Of a stretch of 15,038 nucleotides of DNA, positions 1 through 6,869 are shown piece after piece. Numbering within the stretch: the stretch's first letter is position 1; every line of letters starts with the position of its first letter. The position numbers and the translations under genes were made by a program. This stretch comes from Dehalococcoidia bacterium (GTDB lineage Bacteria; Chloroflexota; Dehalococcoidia; CAUJGQ01). The stretch lies in assembly GCA_038240805.1 (NCBI GenBank), contig JBBRGK010000022.1:1-15038 (forward strand), written 5' to 3'. The notes under the pieces were generated by a model. That model was not told where the DNA came from and did not search any database. It saw only the letters and a program-made list of their open reading frames with translations.

Positions 1-826
1 CCGCGTTGCCGATTCCGGAGCGCTCGAAGTCGAGCGTGGTGGCGCCGACGTACCAGCCGCGGTTGATCTCACCAACGACGTTTGCCCGTGGAACGCGGAC
101 GTTGTCGAAGAAGACCTGGTTGAACGCCGCAGAGCCGGCCATCGTCACCAGCGGTTGCACGGAGATACCCGGACTGCTCATCGGCAGCAGCAGGTAGGTG
201 ATGCCACGGTGTTTCGGCGCCTCCGGATCGGTGCGGGCCATCATGAACATCCAGTGCGCGTACTGGGCGCCCGAGGTCCAAATCTTTTGGCCGTTGATCA
301 CGAAGTCATCGCCATCCTCGACCGCGCGCGTCTGCAGGCTGGCGAGGTCAGAGCCTGAGCCCGGCTCGCTGAACCCCTGGCACCAGTTGATCTCGCCCGC
401 GATGATCTTCGGCAGATACTCGCGCTTCTGCTCCTCGGTGCCGTGCGCCATCAAGGTTGGCCCAACCATTGATACGCCCATGCCACCAACGCCGGGAGCA
501 CGGGCCTCTGCCATCTCTTCGTTGAGGATGAACTGCTGTTTGACGCTCAGGCCGCCGCCGCCGTACTCCTTTGGCCATGCGGGGGCGACCCACTTGCGGT
601 CGGCAAGCTTCTGGCGCCACTCGCGCAACGCAGCTCCGCCACGCACCCGAACATCGCCGCCCGCCCGGGCCTGCGTGTCCTCCTGCCGCAGAGGCCGCGT
701 CTCTTCCCACTCGTTGCCCGCCCGTTCGCGGGCGCCAGGGCGGAAACGCTCCGGAAGCTCCTGCTTGATGAACGATCGTACCTGCTGCCGCCAGGCCGCC
801 TCTTCGGTATTGTCCCTGAAATCCAT
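1..826 (-). CDS. Acyl-CoA dehydrogenase, N-terminal ~275 codons; partial, continues beyond the window start
   Basis: Reverse-complement translation begins ATG at 826..824 (MDFRDNTEEAAW...) and carries ACAD hallmarks (WPKEYGG, GPT.M, NWCQGFSEPGSGSDLAS, INGQKIWTSG, ARTDPEAPKH.GI). It aligns along its whole length with the ACAD at 12328-13515; both start MDFRD. The plus-strand ORFs at 6-197 and 198-851 are its antisense shadows and mirror the antisense ORFs over the second ACAD. Confidence 0.85.
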   Translation of the reverse strand, partial: MDFRDNTEEAAWRQQVRSFIKQELPERFRPGARERAGNEWEETRPLRQEDTQARAGGDVRVRGGAALREWRQKLADRKWVAPAWPKEYGGGGLSVKQQFILNEEMAEARAPGVGGMGVSMVGPTLMAHGTEEQKREYLPKIIAGEINWCQGFSEPGSGSDLASLQTRAVEDGDDFVINGQKIWTSGAQYAHWMFMMARTDPEAPKHRGITYLLLPMSSPGISVQPLVTMAGSAAFNQVFFDNVRVPRANVVGEINRGWYVGATTLDFERSGIGNA

Positions 827-870
827 GATCGCCCCCTGTCCGGGTCTCTAAACGTGGTAATGTCTGCACC

Positions 871-1665
871 TTACGCAAACGTGAGGTTGGGTGCAAGCGC
901 CACACTGCCCGGCGTCGATGGTACAGCGGTTGCCCCAGCAGGCAGCAGGGTGAAGTCTTCACGAGCAACACGTTCGGCGCCGAAAAACACTTCTACCCGC
1001 AATGTTGCACGCCCTGCTAAAGCGGTCACCTGTTCGGGAAAGCAATGCTCGCCCGGCGCTGTGTCCGCGTCGTACAGAGTGAAAGTGGTGTGGCCCTCAA
1101 GCACGCTCAGGTGCACACGGCTCGGCTGGTTAATTCGCAGGCAAACCTGGATCTGCTCGCCGGTGTAGTAGATGTGGGACGCCCTCGCCGGCAGAACCTC
1201 AAGACTCGGGACAAACTCGGGCCGTCGATCGGCGGAAACGCTGTGGCTACCCGACGAGCCCGGCAGCAGGGTCACGATCCCGACCGCGACCAGCAGCACG
1301 GCCGCCACGGCTCCGAGTCCGAATAGTGCCCGTCTAAAAAGTCGAGTCGATCCGGAGCGAGAGTCCGTGCCTGCGGCGGTGCGCATTGGAAACTCGATAA
1401 TGCGATCCGAATTGCGCCCGGCGAGTGTGGACTCGGCGGCCGGGATGCCTCCCGGACTCACGCTCAGATCGATCGCATCGAGAGCGCGGCTGGCGGCAAA
1501 CTGTTCTTCGATTGCAGCGGTGAAGCGACCGAGACCGCTAGCACATGCTTCGCAACTCTGCAGATGGCTCTCGACGCCGTCCCAATCGACGTCAACGCCG
1601 CCGCCCGCGAGAGCAGCAAGCGTCCGCCTGCATGCAGTCATTCCCTGTTCAACAGAATCGCTCAT
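871..1665 (-). CDS. Membrane-anchored anti-sigma factor with N-terminal zf-HC2 zinc-finger
   Basis: The N-terminus MTACRRTLAALAGG...VESHLQSCEACASGL matches the anti-sigma zf-HC2 signature (H-x3-C-x2-C). One hydrophobic helix (LFGLGAVAAVLLVAVGIVTLL) is followed by a ~130-aa extracytoplasmic domain with two Cys. It lies directly downstream of an ECF sigma gene on the same strand. Confidence 0.75.
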   Translation of the reverse strand: MSDSVEQGMTACRRTLAALAGGGVDVDWDGVESHLQSCEACASGLGRFTAAIEEQFAASRALDAIDLSVSPGGIPAAESTLAGRNSDRIIEFPMRTAAGTDSRSGSTRLFRRALFGLGAVAAVLLVAVGIVTLLPGSSGSHSVSADRRPEFVPSLEVLPARASHIYYTGEQIQVCLRINQPSRVHLSVLEGHTTFTLYDADTAPGEHCFPEQVTALAGRATLRVEVFFGAERVAREDFTLLPAGATAVPSTPGSVALAPNLTFA

Positions 1666-1817
1666 CTGTCAATCCCGCCCGATCGCCCAACCGGCCAGAC
1701 GCTCGGCCGGCCATCCGCTTCCACAGGACGCGCCATTCGCCCGCATTCTTGCGGCTCCAGGACGGTACCCACGTGCGCGCCTTCTTGCTATCCCATGCTC
1801 GTATCCCCGTGTCGTCA

Positions 1818-2702
1818 TTATCCATCGCCGCGACCACGCAGGTTCGCCTCCATCACCTGCAGGCCACGGTGCTTCCAGAGCGACACCTGCGCGGCGCTCA
1901 CCAGGCTGCCCCGCTCTAATGAGAGCGCGGCGGCGATCTCCTGCGGCTTCTCTTCTCCCCAGAAACTGCGGACCAACGCCTCGCGCTGGTCGAGGCTCAG
2001 CTTGCCCAGGCGGCACTTGCGCACCAGCTCCTGCCGGACCGAGATTGCATCAACCTGCCGCTCTTCGCGATCGCGATCAACACCAGACCCGTCGCCGCGA
2101 TCACCGTGCAGCTCCTGATCGGCATCGAGAGACTCCGCATGGACGGAGCGGCCGCCGGAGACGGTGCCCGACCGCAGCTCGTCGATCGCCGCCCGCTCGG
2201 TGACGCGAGCGGTCCAGCCCCAGAAGGCATCCGGATCGCGACAGTCGCGAAAGCGGGCGCTGATCGTCGTCAGCGCACGTGCAGCAGCATCGGCGGCGAG
2301 TTGCTCCCGGTCGGACGGCGCCAACCTGCTATCGCCGAGCCTCCTGCGCAGGGTCACCAGTGCGCTGCGAAAGAGGTAGCCGCTGTACTGTACCGTCGGA
2401 TTGCCTGCTGCACCGGACAGGTCCGGCGTGAACAGTTCGGCCAGTGCTTCAACAGCCACCTCACCGCCGTGATCGAGCGCGGCATAAAGGTCAGCGAAAT
2501 GAATTCGGCAGCAGGTTTGTGAAAGCTCCCGGTCCGAGGGCGATTCAGCCCCACCGAGTGCCGCTGCCAGCCGCCGTGCGAGCTCTGCCTGTTCGGCAGC
2601 GTCGATTCGCCAGGCATATGCCGTTGCAAGGCGCCCCACGATCGCCTGGCAACGTCCCCCTAACGAAGTGACTTCGCCCCCCGAGCAGTCATTACCCGAC
2701 AC
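1818..2702 (-). CDS. ECF-type RNA polymerase sigma-70 factor (regions 2 and 4) with N-terminal extension
   Basis: Region 2 match: AADAAARALTTISARFRDCRDPDAFWGWTARVTERAAIDELR (pattern AEDlvQetF...f.aWL..IarN...D.lR). Region 4 HTH: LSLDQREALVRSFWGEEKPQEIAAALSLERGSLVSAAQV. At 294 aa it is longer than typical ECF sigmas; the true start may be internal. Confidence 0.8.
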   Translation of the reverse strand: MSGNDCSGGEVTSLGGRCQAIVGRLATAYAWRIDAAEQAELARRLAAALGGAESPSDRELSQTCCRIHFADLYAALDHGGEVAVEALAELFTPDLSGAAGNPTVQYSGYLFRSALVTLRRRLGDSRLAPSDREQLAADAAARALTTISARFRDCRDPDAFWGWTARVTERAAIDELRSGTVSGGRSVHAESLDADQELHGDRGDGSGVDRDREERQVDAISVRQELVRKCRLGKLSLDQREALVRSFWGEEKPQEIAAALSLERGSLVSAAQVSLWKHRGLQVMEANLRGRGDG

Positions 2703-2925
2703 TCATCGCCTGCCACTTCCACACCGGTTGTCGATTGCCGCCTGCCCGACACCGCTATTGCAGCATCATTCTGGCAGACGTGCACGGACGCAACAGCAGC
2801 CAGCCCGGCGCTGAAAGAATGGCGGAGCCGCCGCCGTCCTGTGTGAATAGATGCGGAGGACAGGCTATTCGTCGCGAAACGAACCGGCCGACGTTTCTAC
2901 CGCAGAAAAGAAAGAGGAGGATGAC

Positions 2926-3669
2926 ATGGAAACACACCGCGCGTTTTACCGCCCGGCACTGCTCGCGACAGCCGCGCTGGCCGGACTCTTACTGCTGTCA
3001 AGCCTGGTGGCTTCGCGGCGAGTCTCGGCCCAGCAGGATCCATCCTGCGAAGATCCGGAGACCGTCGCCTGTATCCCCGTCGCTGCTGCTGCACCGTCAC
3101 CTGCGGGGAACGGGTCCGGTGTCGCTGCCGCGCCGGCTCCAGCTACCGCCGGTGCTCCTGCCGCCACACGCCCGACCTGCGTGCCGTCCTACCCGCCGCC
3201 CTACCCGCCCTACCCGGGGCCGTACCCGGGGCCATATCCGGCTCCGGCTGCTGCTGCACCCGGCCCGATCCCGCCCGGCCCAGTACTGCCCATACCGTAC
3301 TCATGCTTCGATGAGATCTTCAGCACGATCAACCGTGCCAACCTTGCCTACGCCCGCGGCATGCGCTCGGTCGATGCGAGTCAGTTCTATCCGTACTGGG
3401 GCCAGGACGCTTTGCAGCAACTGTTAGGACAAATCTCGTCACTGCGTGCCGCGAACAGCTACCGGGTGCTCAGGCTGGTGAGCATCGATGTGCTCGAGCA
3501 GCAGACCTATCCCGGTTATGCATGGGTGCACACCAGCGAGCATTGGCTAACGTCCACCTGGTCTTACTCCGGCTACCAGATCGACGGCAGCGATAGCTGG
3601 TACGACAACCAGTACTACCTGTACCGTTCCGGCAACCGGTGGATCATCGGCACAGACGTAGTGAACTGA
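2926..3669 (+). CDS. Secreted protein: signal peptide, Pro/Tyr-repeat linker (YPPPYPPYPGPYPGPYP), C-terminal ~120-aa alpha/beta domain (possibly NTF2-like)
   Basis: ATG at 2926 sits 5 nt after a GAGGAGG Shine-Dalgarno. The N-terminus METHRAFYRPALLATAALAGLLLLSSLVASRRVSA-QQ is a classic signal peptide. The middle is a low-complexity Ala/Pro stretch and PY repeats. The C-terminal domain is Trp/Tyr-rich (WLTSTWSYSGYQIDGSDSWYDNQYYLYRSGNRWIIG). It is divergent from the ECF sigma gene. Confidence 0.7.
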   Translation: METHRAFYRPALLATAALAGLLLLSSLVASRRVSAQQDPSCEDPETVACIPVAAAAPSPAGNGSGVAAAPAPATAGAPAATRPTCVPSYPPPYPPYPGPYPGPYPAPAAAAPGPIPPGPVLPIPYSCFDEIFSTINRANLAYARGMRSVDASQFYPYWGQDALQQLLGQISSLRAANSYRVLRLVSIDVLEQQTYPGYAWVHTSEHWLTSTWSYSGYQIDGSDSWYDNQYYLYRSGNRWIIGTDVVN

Positions 3670-3704
3670 CGCAGCGCTGCTCACGAGGGTGAGCAGACAC
3701 GACG

Positions 3705-3746
3705 AGGCCCCGGACCGCTCTCCCGTGGTCCGGGGCTTCTTTCGTT
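3705..3746 (+). terminator. Rho-independent terminator downstream of the secreted-protein gene
   Basis: GGCCCCGGACC (3705-3715) pairs with GGTCCGGGGC (3727-3736) as a perfect 10-11 bp GC stem, followed by TTCTTTCGTT. Confidence 0.55.
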
Positions 3747-3840
3747 GCAGGGCGAGGCTGGTAGCTGCGGCCGTGGCTCTCAGCGAGCGTCCGGGGGCGG
3801 ACCTTCCGTCCGTTGATGAGCCCGGAACAGCGCCCAGCCT

Positions 3841-3930
3841 GTTATCACCTTGCAGTTCTTATTATTATCATATAACAGCGACTGTCAATCCCAGGAGCGT
3901 TACGATTCGGTGATACAAGACGTAACGGCG
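3841..3930 (+). promoter_or_regulatory. AT-rich patch with -35/-10-like hexamers and GGTGAT(A) half-site repeats, upstream of the toxin-antitoxin pair
   Basis: The local AT-rich island (ttcttattattatcatataac) stands out in a 67% GC background. It contains TTGCAG (3850-3855), then 15 nt, then TATAAC (3871-3876), and an imperfect inverted repeat TTATCACC (3842-3849) with GGTGATA (3911-3917). Another CCGGTGATTCGG sits at 3959-3970, next to the ORF start. Confidence 0.25.
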
Positions 3931-4067
3931 CCGCAGTAGAAGCAGAGAGGTCAGTCAACCCGGTGATTCGGCGTGGGATCGCGTGTCCTGCCCGGTTGCC
4001 GGTCTCATCAGTAGAAAATCTTGCTAAACTGGGTGGCACCGGAGCAAAGACATGGGGAGCATCGACA

Positions 4068-4343
4068 ATGACCATACGAGAAGACCTCATGGGCAGTCCG
4101 TCGCTGTTCCTGCTCATCGGTTTCGTCCTCGGCGCCGTCGCGGCAACGGCCATCGAACGCAAGAGGCGAGCTGGACCGATCGGACAGGTTGAGGCCACGC
4201 AATGTGCGCCGCTGGACGATGAACCAACGACTCCAGCGGACCTTGCTGCGATTTCGTCGGCGCAAGAGGCCGCAGCGGACGGCGAAGTAATCTCGTGGCA
4301 AGAGCTTCGTCACCGCCGTCACGCACACCAGGTCGCGGTGTGA
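4068..4343 (+). CDS. Antitoxin-like small protein with a predicted N-terminal transmembrane helix; C-terminus resembles the RelE-partner addiction-module-component family (the ORF can alternatively start at GTG 3963)
   Basis: ATG 4068 follows GGGGAG by 7 nt. The stop TGA (4341-4343) overlaps the GTG start of the downstream RelE/ParE toxin (GTGTGA), indicating translational coupling. The C-terminal segment TPADLAAISSAQEAAADGEVISWQELR resembles the antitoxin pattern ...aeidsGev..ip.eEv.. seen in RelE/ParE partners. The hydrophobic stretch SLFLLIGFVLGAVAATAI followed by ERKRR predicts a transmembrane anchor, unusual for an antitoxin. Confidence 0.5.
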   Translation: MTIREDLMGSPSLFLLIGFVLGAVAATAIERKRRAGPIGQVEATQCAPLDDEPTTPADLAAISSAQEAAADGEVISWQELRHRRHAHQVAV

Positions 4344-4600
4344 ACCGTTGGACCGTTGAGGTAACACGACTTGCTGAAAAGGACCTCGACAGTCTGCCTC
4401 GACGGGACCAGCACGCGTTAGAACAGAAGCTAGACCAGCTAACCATCGATCCTTTCCGCACACATATTCTCAAGCTGCAAGGCGTACCAAATGTCTGGCG
4501 CGTGCGAGTTGGAGACTGGCGGATACTGGTCGAACTGGATATTGCGCGGCGAAAGGCGACTGTGCTCCGTATCCGCAACCGGCGGGACGCGTATCGATGA
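4340..4600 (+). CDS. relE: Type II toxin, RelE/ParE family (mRNA interferase)
   Basis: VNRWTVEVTRLAEKDLDSLPRRDQHALEQKLDQLTIDPF...LQGVPNVWRVRVGDWRILVELDIARRKATVLRIRNRRDAY matches the canonical RelE/ParE signature (..Y.RvRvGdyRiiyeid.....v.vlrIghRkdvY). The GTG start overlaps the stop of the upstream small ORF. Confidence 0.85.
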   Translation: MNRWTVEVTRLAEKDLDSLPRRDQHALEQKLDQLTIDPFRTHILKLQGVPNVWRVRVGDWRILVELDIARRKATVLRIRNRRDAYR

Positions 4601-4707
4601 CGCGGAAGGATGGGCACGCTTCACATCAGGGACGAGATGCCCTCGTCGGTAGTGCCGCCTTTATGTGGAGCTGCAGCTTTACTCCTGCTTGCCTGCTTGC
4701 GTCCAGG

Positions 4708-4735
4708 TTGCCATATGTTCGCCTCATGATATGGT
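4708..4735 (+). promoter_or_regulatory. Candidate sigma-70-like promoter for the iscA-like gene
   Basis: TTGCCA (4708-4713), 16-nt spacer, TATGGT (4730-4735), about 70 nt upstream of the ATG at 4803. Hexamer matches only; promoter consensus for this lineage is unknown. Confidence 0.2.
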
Positions 4736-4802
4736 AGATGCAGAATCACTTCATTGATTTTCCAGGGCAATTCACACGCCGACATGCAGGGAGAACAAAC
4801 CA

Positions 4803-5201
4803 ATGGTGGCACAGGGCGAGACTCAGACCGGAACGCTGATTAGCGTGACCCCCGCCGCGGCCGAGCAGGTCAAGGCCGTGCTCGCTGAGCGTGAGAAACC
4901 AGATGCAGCGCTGCGGCTTTTTATCGCCGGCAAGACCTGCTCCGGGTTCCAGTACGGCATGGCGCTCGCTGAAACTGCCGAGGCCGATGACATCACGATC
5001 GAGCAGCACGGCGTGCGCTTCATCGTTGACGAGGTGTCGGCTCCGTTTCTGAGCGGCGCACAGGTAGACTTCGTCGACAGCGTCATGCAGAAGGGCTTCA
5101 CGATCACCAACCCGAACGCATCCGGCGGCGGCGGCGGCGGTTGCGCCTGCGGCGGTGGCGGCTGCAGTTGCGGCGGTGGTGGCGGCGGTCACGGGCACTA
5201 G
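4803..5201 (+). CDS. A-type Fe-S cluster carrier (IscA/HesB/ErpA family) with an atypical Gly/Cys/His-rich C-terminal tail
   Basis: GGGAGA Shine-Dalgarno lies 9 nt upstream. The HesB/IscA signatures are present: LRLFIAGKTCSGFQYGMAL (first conserved Cys) and FTITNPNA...CAC (C-terminal CxC). The tail is SGGGGGGCACGGGGCSCGGGGGGHGH, giving a duplicated CxC motif. Confidence 0.85.
   Translation: MVAQGETQTGTLISVTPAAAEQVKAVLAEREKPDAALRLFIAGKTCSGFQYGMALAETAEADDITIEQHGVRFIVDEVSAPFLSGAQVDFVDSVMQKGFTITNPNASGGGGGGCACGGGGCSCGGGGGGHGH
5121..5198 (+). repeat. Intragenic low-complexity GGC/GGT codon repeat encoding the poly-Gly/Cys tail of the IscA-like protein
   Basis: ggcggcggcggcggcggttgcgcctgcggcggtggcggctgcagttgcggcggtggtggcggcggtcacgggcac. 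A trinucleotide-repeat-like tract that could slip during replication. Confidence 0.6.
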
Positions 5202-5230
5202 TCAGCCATATCCGGTGAAATGGCGTTTCA

Positions 5231-5268
5231 GGCGGGTGGCAGCATGACGTTGCCACCCGCCTTTTGAT
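5231..5268 (+). terminator. Rho-independent terminator after the iscA-like gene
   Basis: GGCGGGTGGCA (5231-5241) pairs with TGCCACCCGCC (5251-5261) as an 11-bp perfect stem, with a 9-nt loop, followed by TTTTGAT. Confidence 0.6.
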
Positions 5269-5390
5269 CGCCCGAAACGGCTGGCCGTAATCTTGATTAA
5301 GTTGGTATACTTAGTGGAGATAAGGCGTCCTGCCCCTTGCTGGGCGTCATGATTCCTGGGAATCTCGAAAGACGAGCAGAGGAGAACACG

Positions 5391-6281
5391 ATGACATCAG
5401 CACAGGCTGGTTCCGCCACGGGCGGCTACGCAAACCCCGATACCCTGGTCAGCACGGACTGGGTCGCCCAGCATCTGAACGACAAATCAATTCGGATCGT
5501 TGAATCAGACGAGGACGTGCTGCTGTACGACCTCGGTCATGTACCCGGCTCGGTGATGATCGACTGGCACACCGACCTCCAGGACGCGACGATGCGCGAC
5601 TTCATCACCAGCGCACAGTTCGCTGCCCTGATGTCACGCCTGGGCATCGACAACGACACGACCGTTGTTTTTTACGGCGACAAGAACAACTGGTGGGCGG
5701 CCTACGCGTACTGGTTTTTCCGCTACAACGGCCACAAGAACCTGAAGATCATGAACGGCGGCCGCAAAAAGTGGACCGATGAAAAGCGCGAGTTGAGCAA
5801 GGACGTGCCGAAGAACGCGGCGACGACCTATAAGGCGCAGCCGCGGGATCCGAGTATCCGTGCCTACCGCGAGGACGTGCTTGGCCACATCGGCTACAAA
5901 GGCCGCGAGAAGACGGGCGAAGGCAAGCCACTGGTGGACGTGCGTTCGCCGGGCGAATACTCGGGCGAGCTGATGCACATGCCTGACTACCCGCAGGAAG
6001 GCGCCCTGCGCGGTGGCCACATCCCTGGCGCGAAGAGCATCCCCTGGGCGAAAGCAGTTGCCGAAGACGGCACCTTCAAATCGCCGCAAGAACTGCGCGA
6101 ACTGTACAGCAGCCAGGGGATCACGGGCGATAAGGACATTGTCGCCTACTGCCGCATTGGCGAGCGCTCCTCCCACACGTGGTTTGTGCTGCACGAGCTG
6201 CTCGGCTATCCGAAGGTACGCAACTACGACGGCTCCTGGACCGAGTGGGGCAACGTCGTCGGGCTGCCGATCGAGCGGTAA
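5391..6281 (+). CDS. sseA: Thiosulfate/3-mercaptopyruvate sulfurtransferase (tandem rhodanese domains, SseA/CysA-like)
   Basis: AGAGGAG Shine-Dalgarno lies 6 nt before ATG 5391. There are two rhodanese domains. The catalytic loop [15 protein letters not shown] (CRxGxR type) is followed by [10 protein letters not shown]. An upstream in-frame ATG at 5337 is less likely (no Shine-Dalgarno). Confidence 0.9.
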   Translation: MTSAQAGSATGGYANPDTLVSTDWVAQHLNDKSIRIVESDEDVLLYDLGHVPGSVMIDWHTDLQDATMRDFITSAQFAALMSRLGIDNDTTVVFYGDKNNWWAAYAYWFFRYNGHKNLKIMNGGRKKWTDEKRELSKDVPKNAATTYKAQPRDPSIRAYREDVLGHIGYKGREKTGEGKPLVDVRSPGEYSGELMHMPDYPQEGALRGGHIPGAKSIPWAKAVAEDGTFKSPQELRELYSSQGITGDKDIVAYCRIGERSSHTWFVLHELLGYPKVRNYDGSWTEWGNVVGLPIER

Positions 6282-6316
6282 CTGCGGCAACTCAAGCATC
6301 GGCTGATTGATTGACG

Positions 6317-6368
6317 GTCCCGCCCGCGCCCCGCGATTATGTGGGCAGTGGGCGGGACTGTTTGTTGG
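6317..6368 (+). terminator. Hairpin with T-rich tail between the rhodanese and sufU-like genes (possible terminator or attenuator)
   Basis: GTCCCGCCC (6317-6325) pairs with GGGCGGGAC (6350-6358) as a 9-bp stem around a 24-nt loop, followed by TGTTTGTT. The large loop makes this weaker than the other terminators. Confidence 0.3.
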
Positions 6369-6407
6369 GAGAGCCGGAGTTCATGCCGGTGGAGGCAGAC
6401 GAGGAAC

Positions 6408-6866
6408 ATGGCACTGGAAATGGACCGGCAGGAGCAGATCGAGTTTCTGCGCGAGCACTACGAGAAGCCGCACAAGCGCGCCGCACAGCCTAACGCGGAT
6501 GTTGAGGTCGAAGGCGGCAATCCGGGCTGCGGCGATATCATCCGCATCTACCTTGACGTGGATGAGAACGGTGAGACGATCAAAGATGTCCACTTCACCG
6601 GCGAGGGCTGCACGATCAGCCAGGCGGCCGCGAGCATCCTGATGGAGCTGCTTGAGGAAGACGGCGGTCATAAGGGTCTGCAAGAGATCCAGGACATGGA
6701 CTACGCCATCCTGCAGGATGTGCTCGGCAAAGAAACGGTGCAGATCCGCCCTCGCTGCGCCACACTGGCCCTGGGCACACTCAAGACGGCGGTGCGGAAG
6801 TACGAGCGCAACAAGATGCTGCGTGAGAACGGCATCGATCCGGAAACCGCCGACAGGCGCTCCTGA
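6408..6866 (+). CDS. sufU: SufU/NifU-like Fe-S cluster assembly scaffold/sulfur-transfer protein
   Basis: GAGGAA lies 2 nt before ATG 6408. The IscU/SufU signatures are present: NPGCGDIIRIYL, GEGCTISQAAASILMELL, and RCATLALGTLKTAV (third Cys after the SufU-type insertion). An upstream GTG/ATG at 6339 lacks a Shine-Dalgarno. Confidence 0.85.
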   Translation: MALEMDRQEQIEFLREHYEKPHKRAAQPNADVEVEGGNPGCGDIIRIYLDVDENGETIKDVHFTGEGCTISQAAASILMELLEEDGGHKGLQEIQDMDYAILQDVLGKETVQIRPRCATLALGTLKTAVRKYERNKMLRENGIDPETADRRS

Positions 6867-6869
6867 CTG

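Noticed and set aside
198-971. Plus 217-codon and minus 207-codon ORFs at 198-851 and 348-971
   Set aside because: Out-of-frame or antisense relative to the ACAD gene. The real gene is the minus-strand frame starting at 826, which the ORF track did not list because it runs off the window.
1172-2203. 343-codon plus-strand ORF overlapping the anti-sigma and sigma genes
   Set aside because: Antisense shadow ORF typical of 67% GC DNA. Its translation is Arg/Pro/Ala/Ser-rich low-complexity with no domain signature, while the minus-strand frames carry clear sigma and anti-sigma motifs.
1665-3892. Shared 11-mer CTGTCAATCCC at 1665-1675 (anti-sigma start) and 3882-3892 (upstream of the TA pair)
   Set aside because: A single 11-nt match without extended flanking similarity. 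Too short to call a repeat or shared operator.
4631-4648. Short hairpin GACGAG-atgcc-CTCGTC just after the relE stop
   Set aside because: Only a 6-bp stem and no U-tract. Not convincing as an intrinsic terminator.
4610-4729. 39-codon ORF (MGTLHIRDEMPSSVVPPLCGAAALLLLACLRPGCHMFAS) between relE and iscA
   Set aside because: The GGAAGGA sits directly against the ATG with no spacer, it has no recognisable family, and it overlaps the candidate iscA promoter. Most likely spurious, though a tiny hydrophobic peptide cannot be excluded.
4746-5198. 150-codon minus-strand ORF encoding poly-Ala/Thr (MPVTAATTAATAAATAAG...)
   Set aside because: Reverse complement of the GGC/GGT Gly-codon repeat in the iscA-like tail, so an artefact of the low-complexity tract.
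5634-6299. 221-codon minus-strand ORF opposite the rhodanese gene
   Set aside because: The plus-strand frame has the unmistakable rhodanese active site and a strong Shine-Dalgarno; the minus ORF is a GC-driven shadow.
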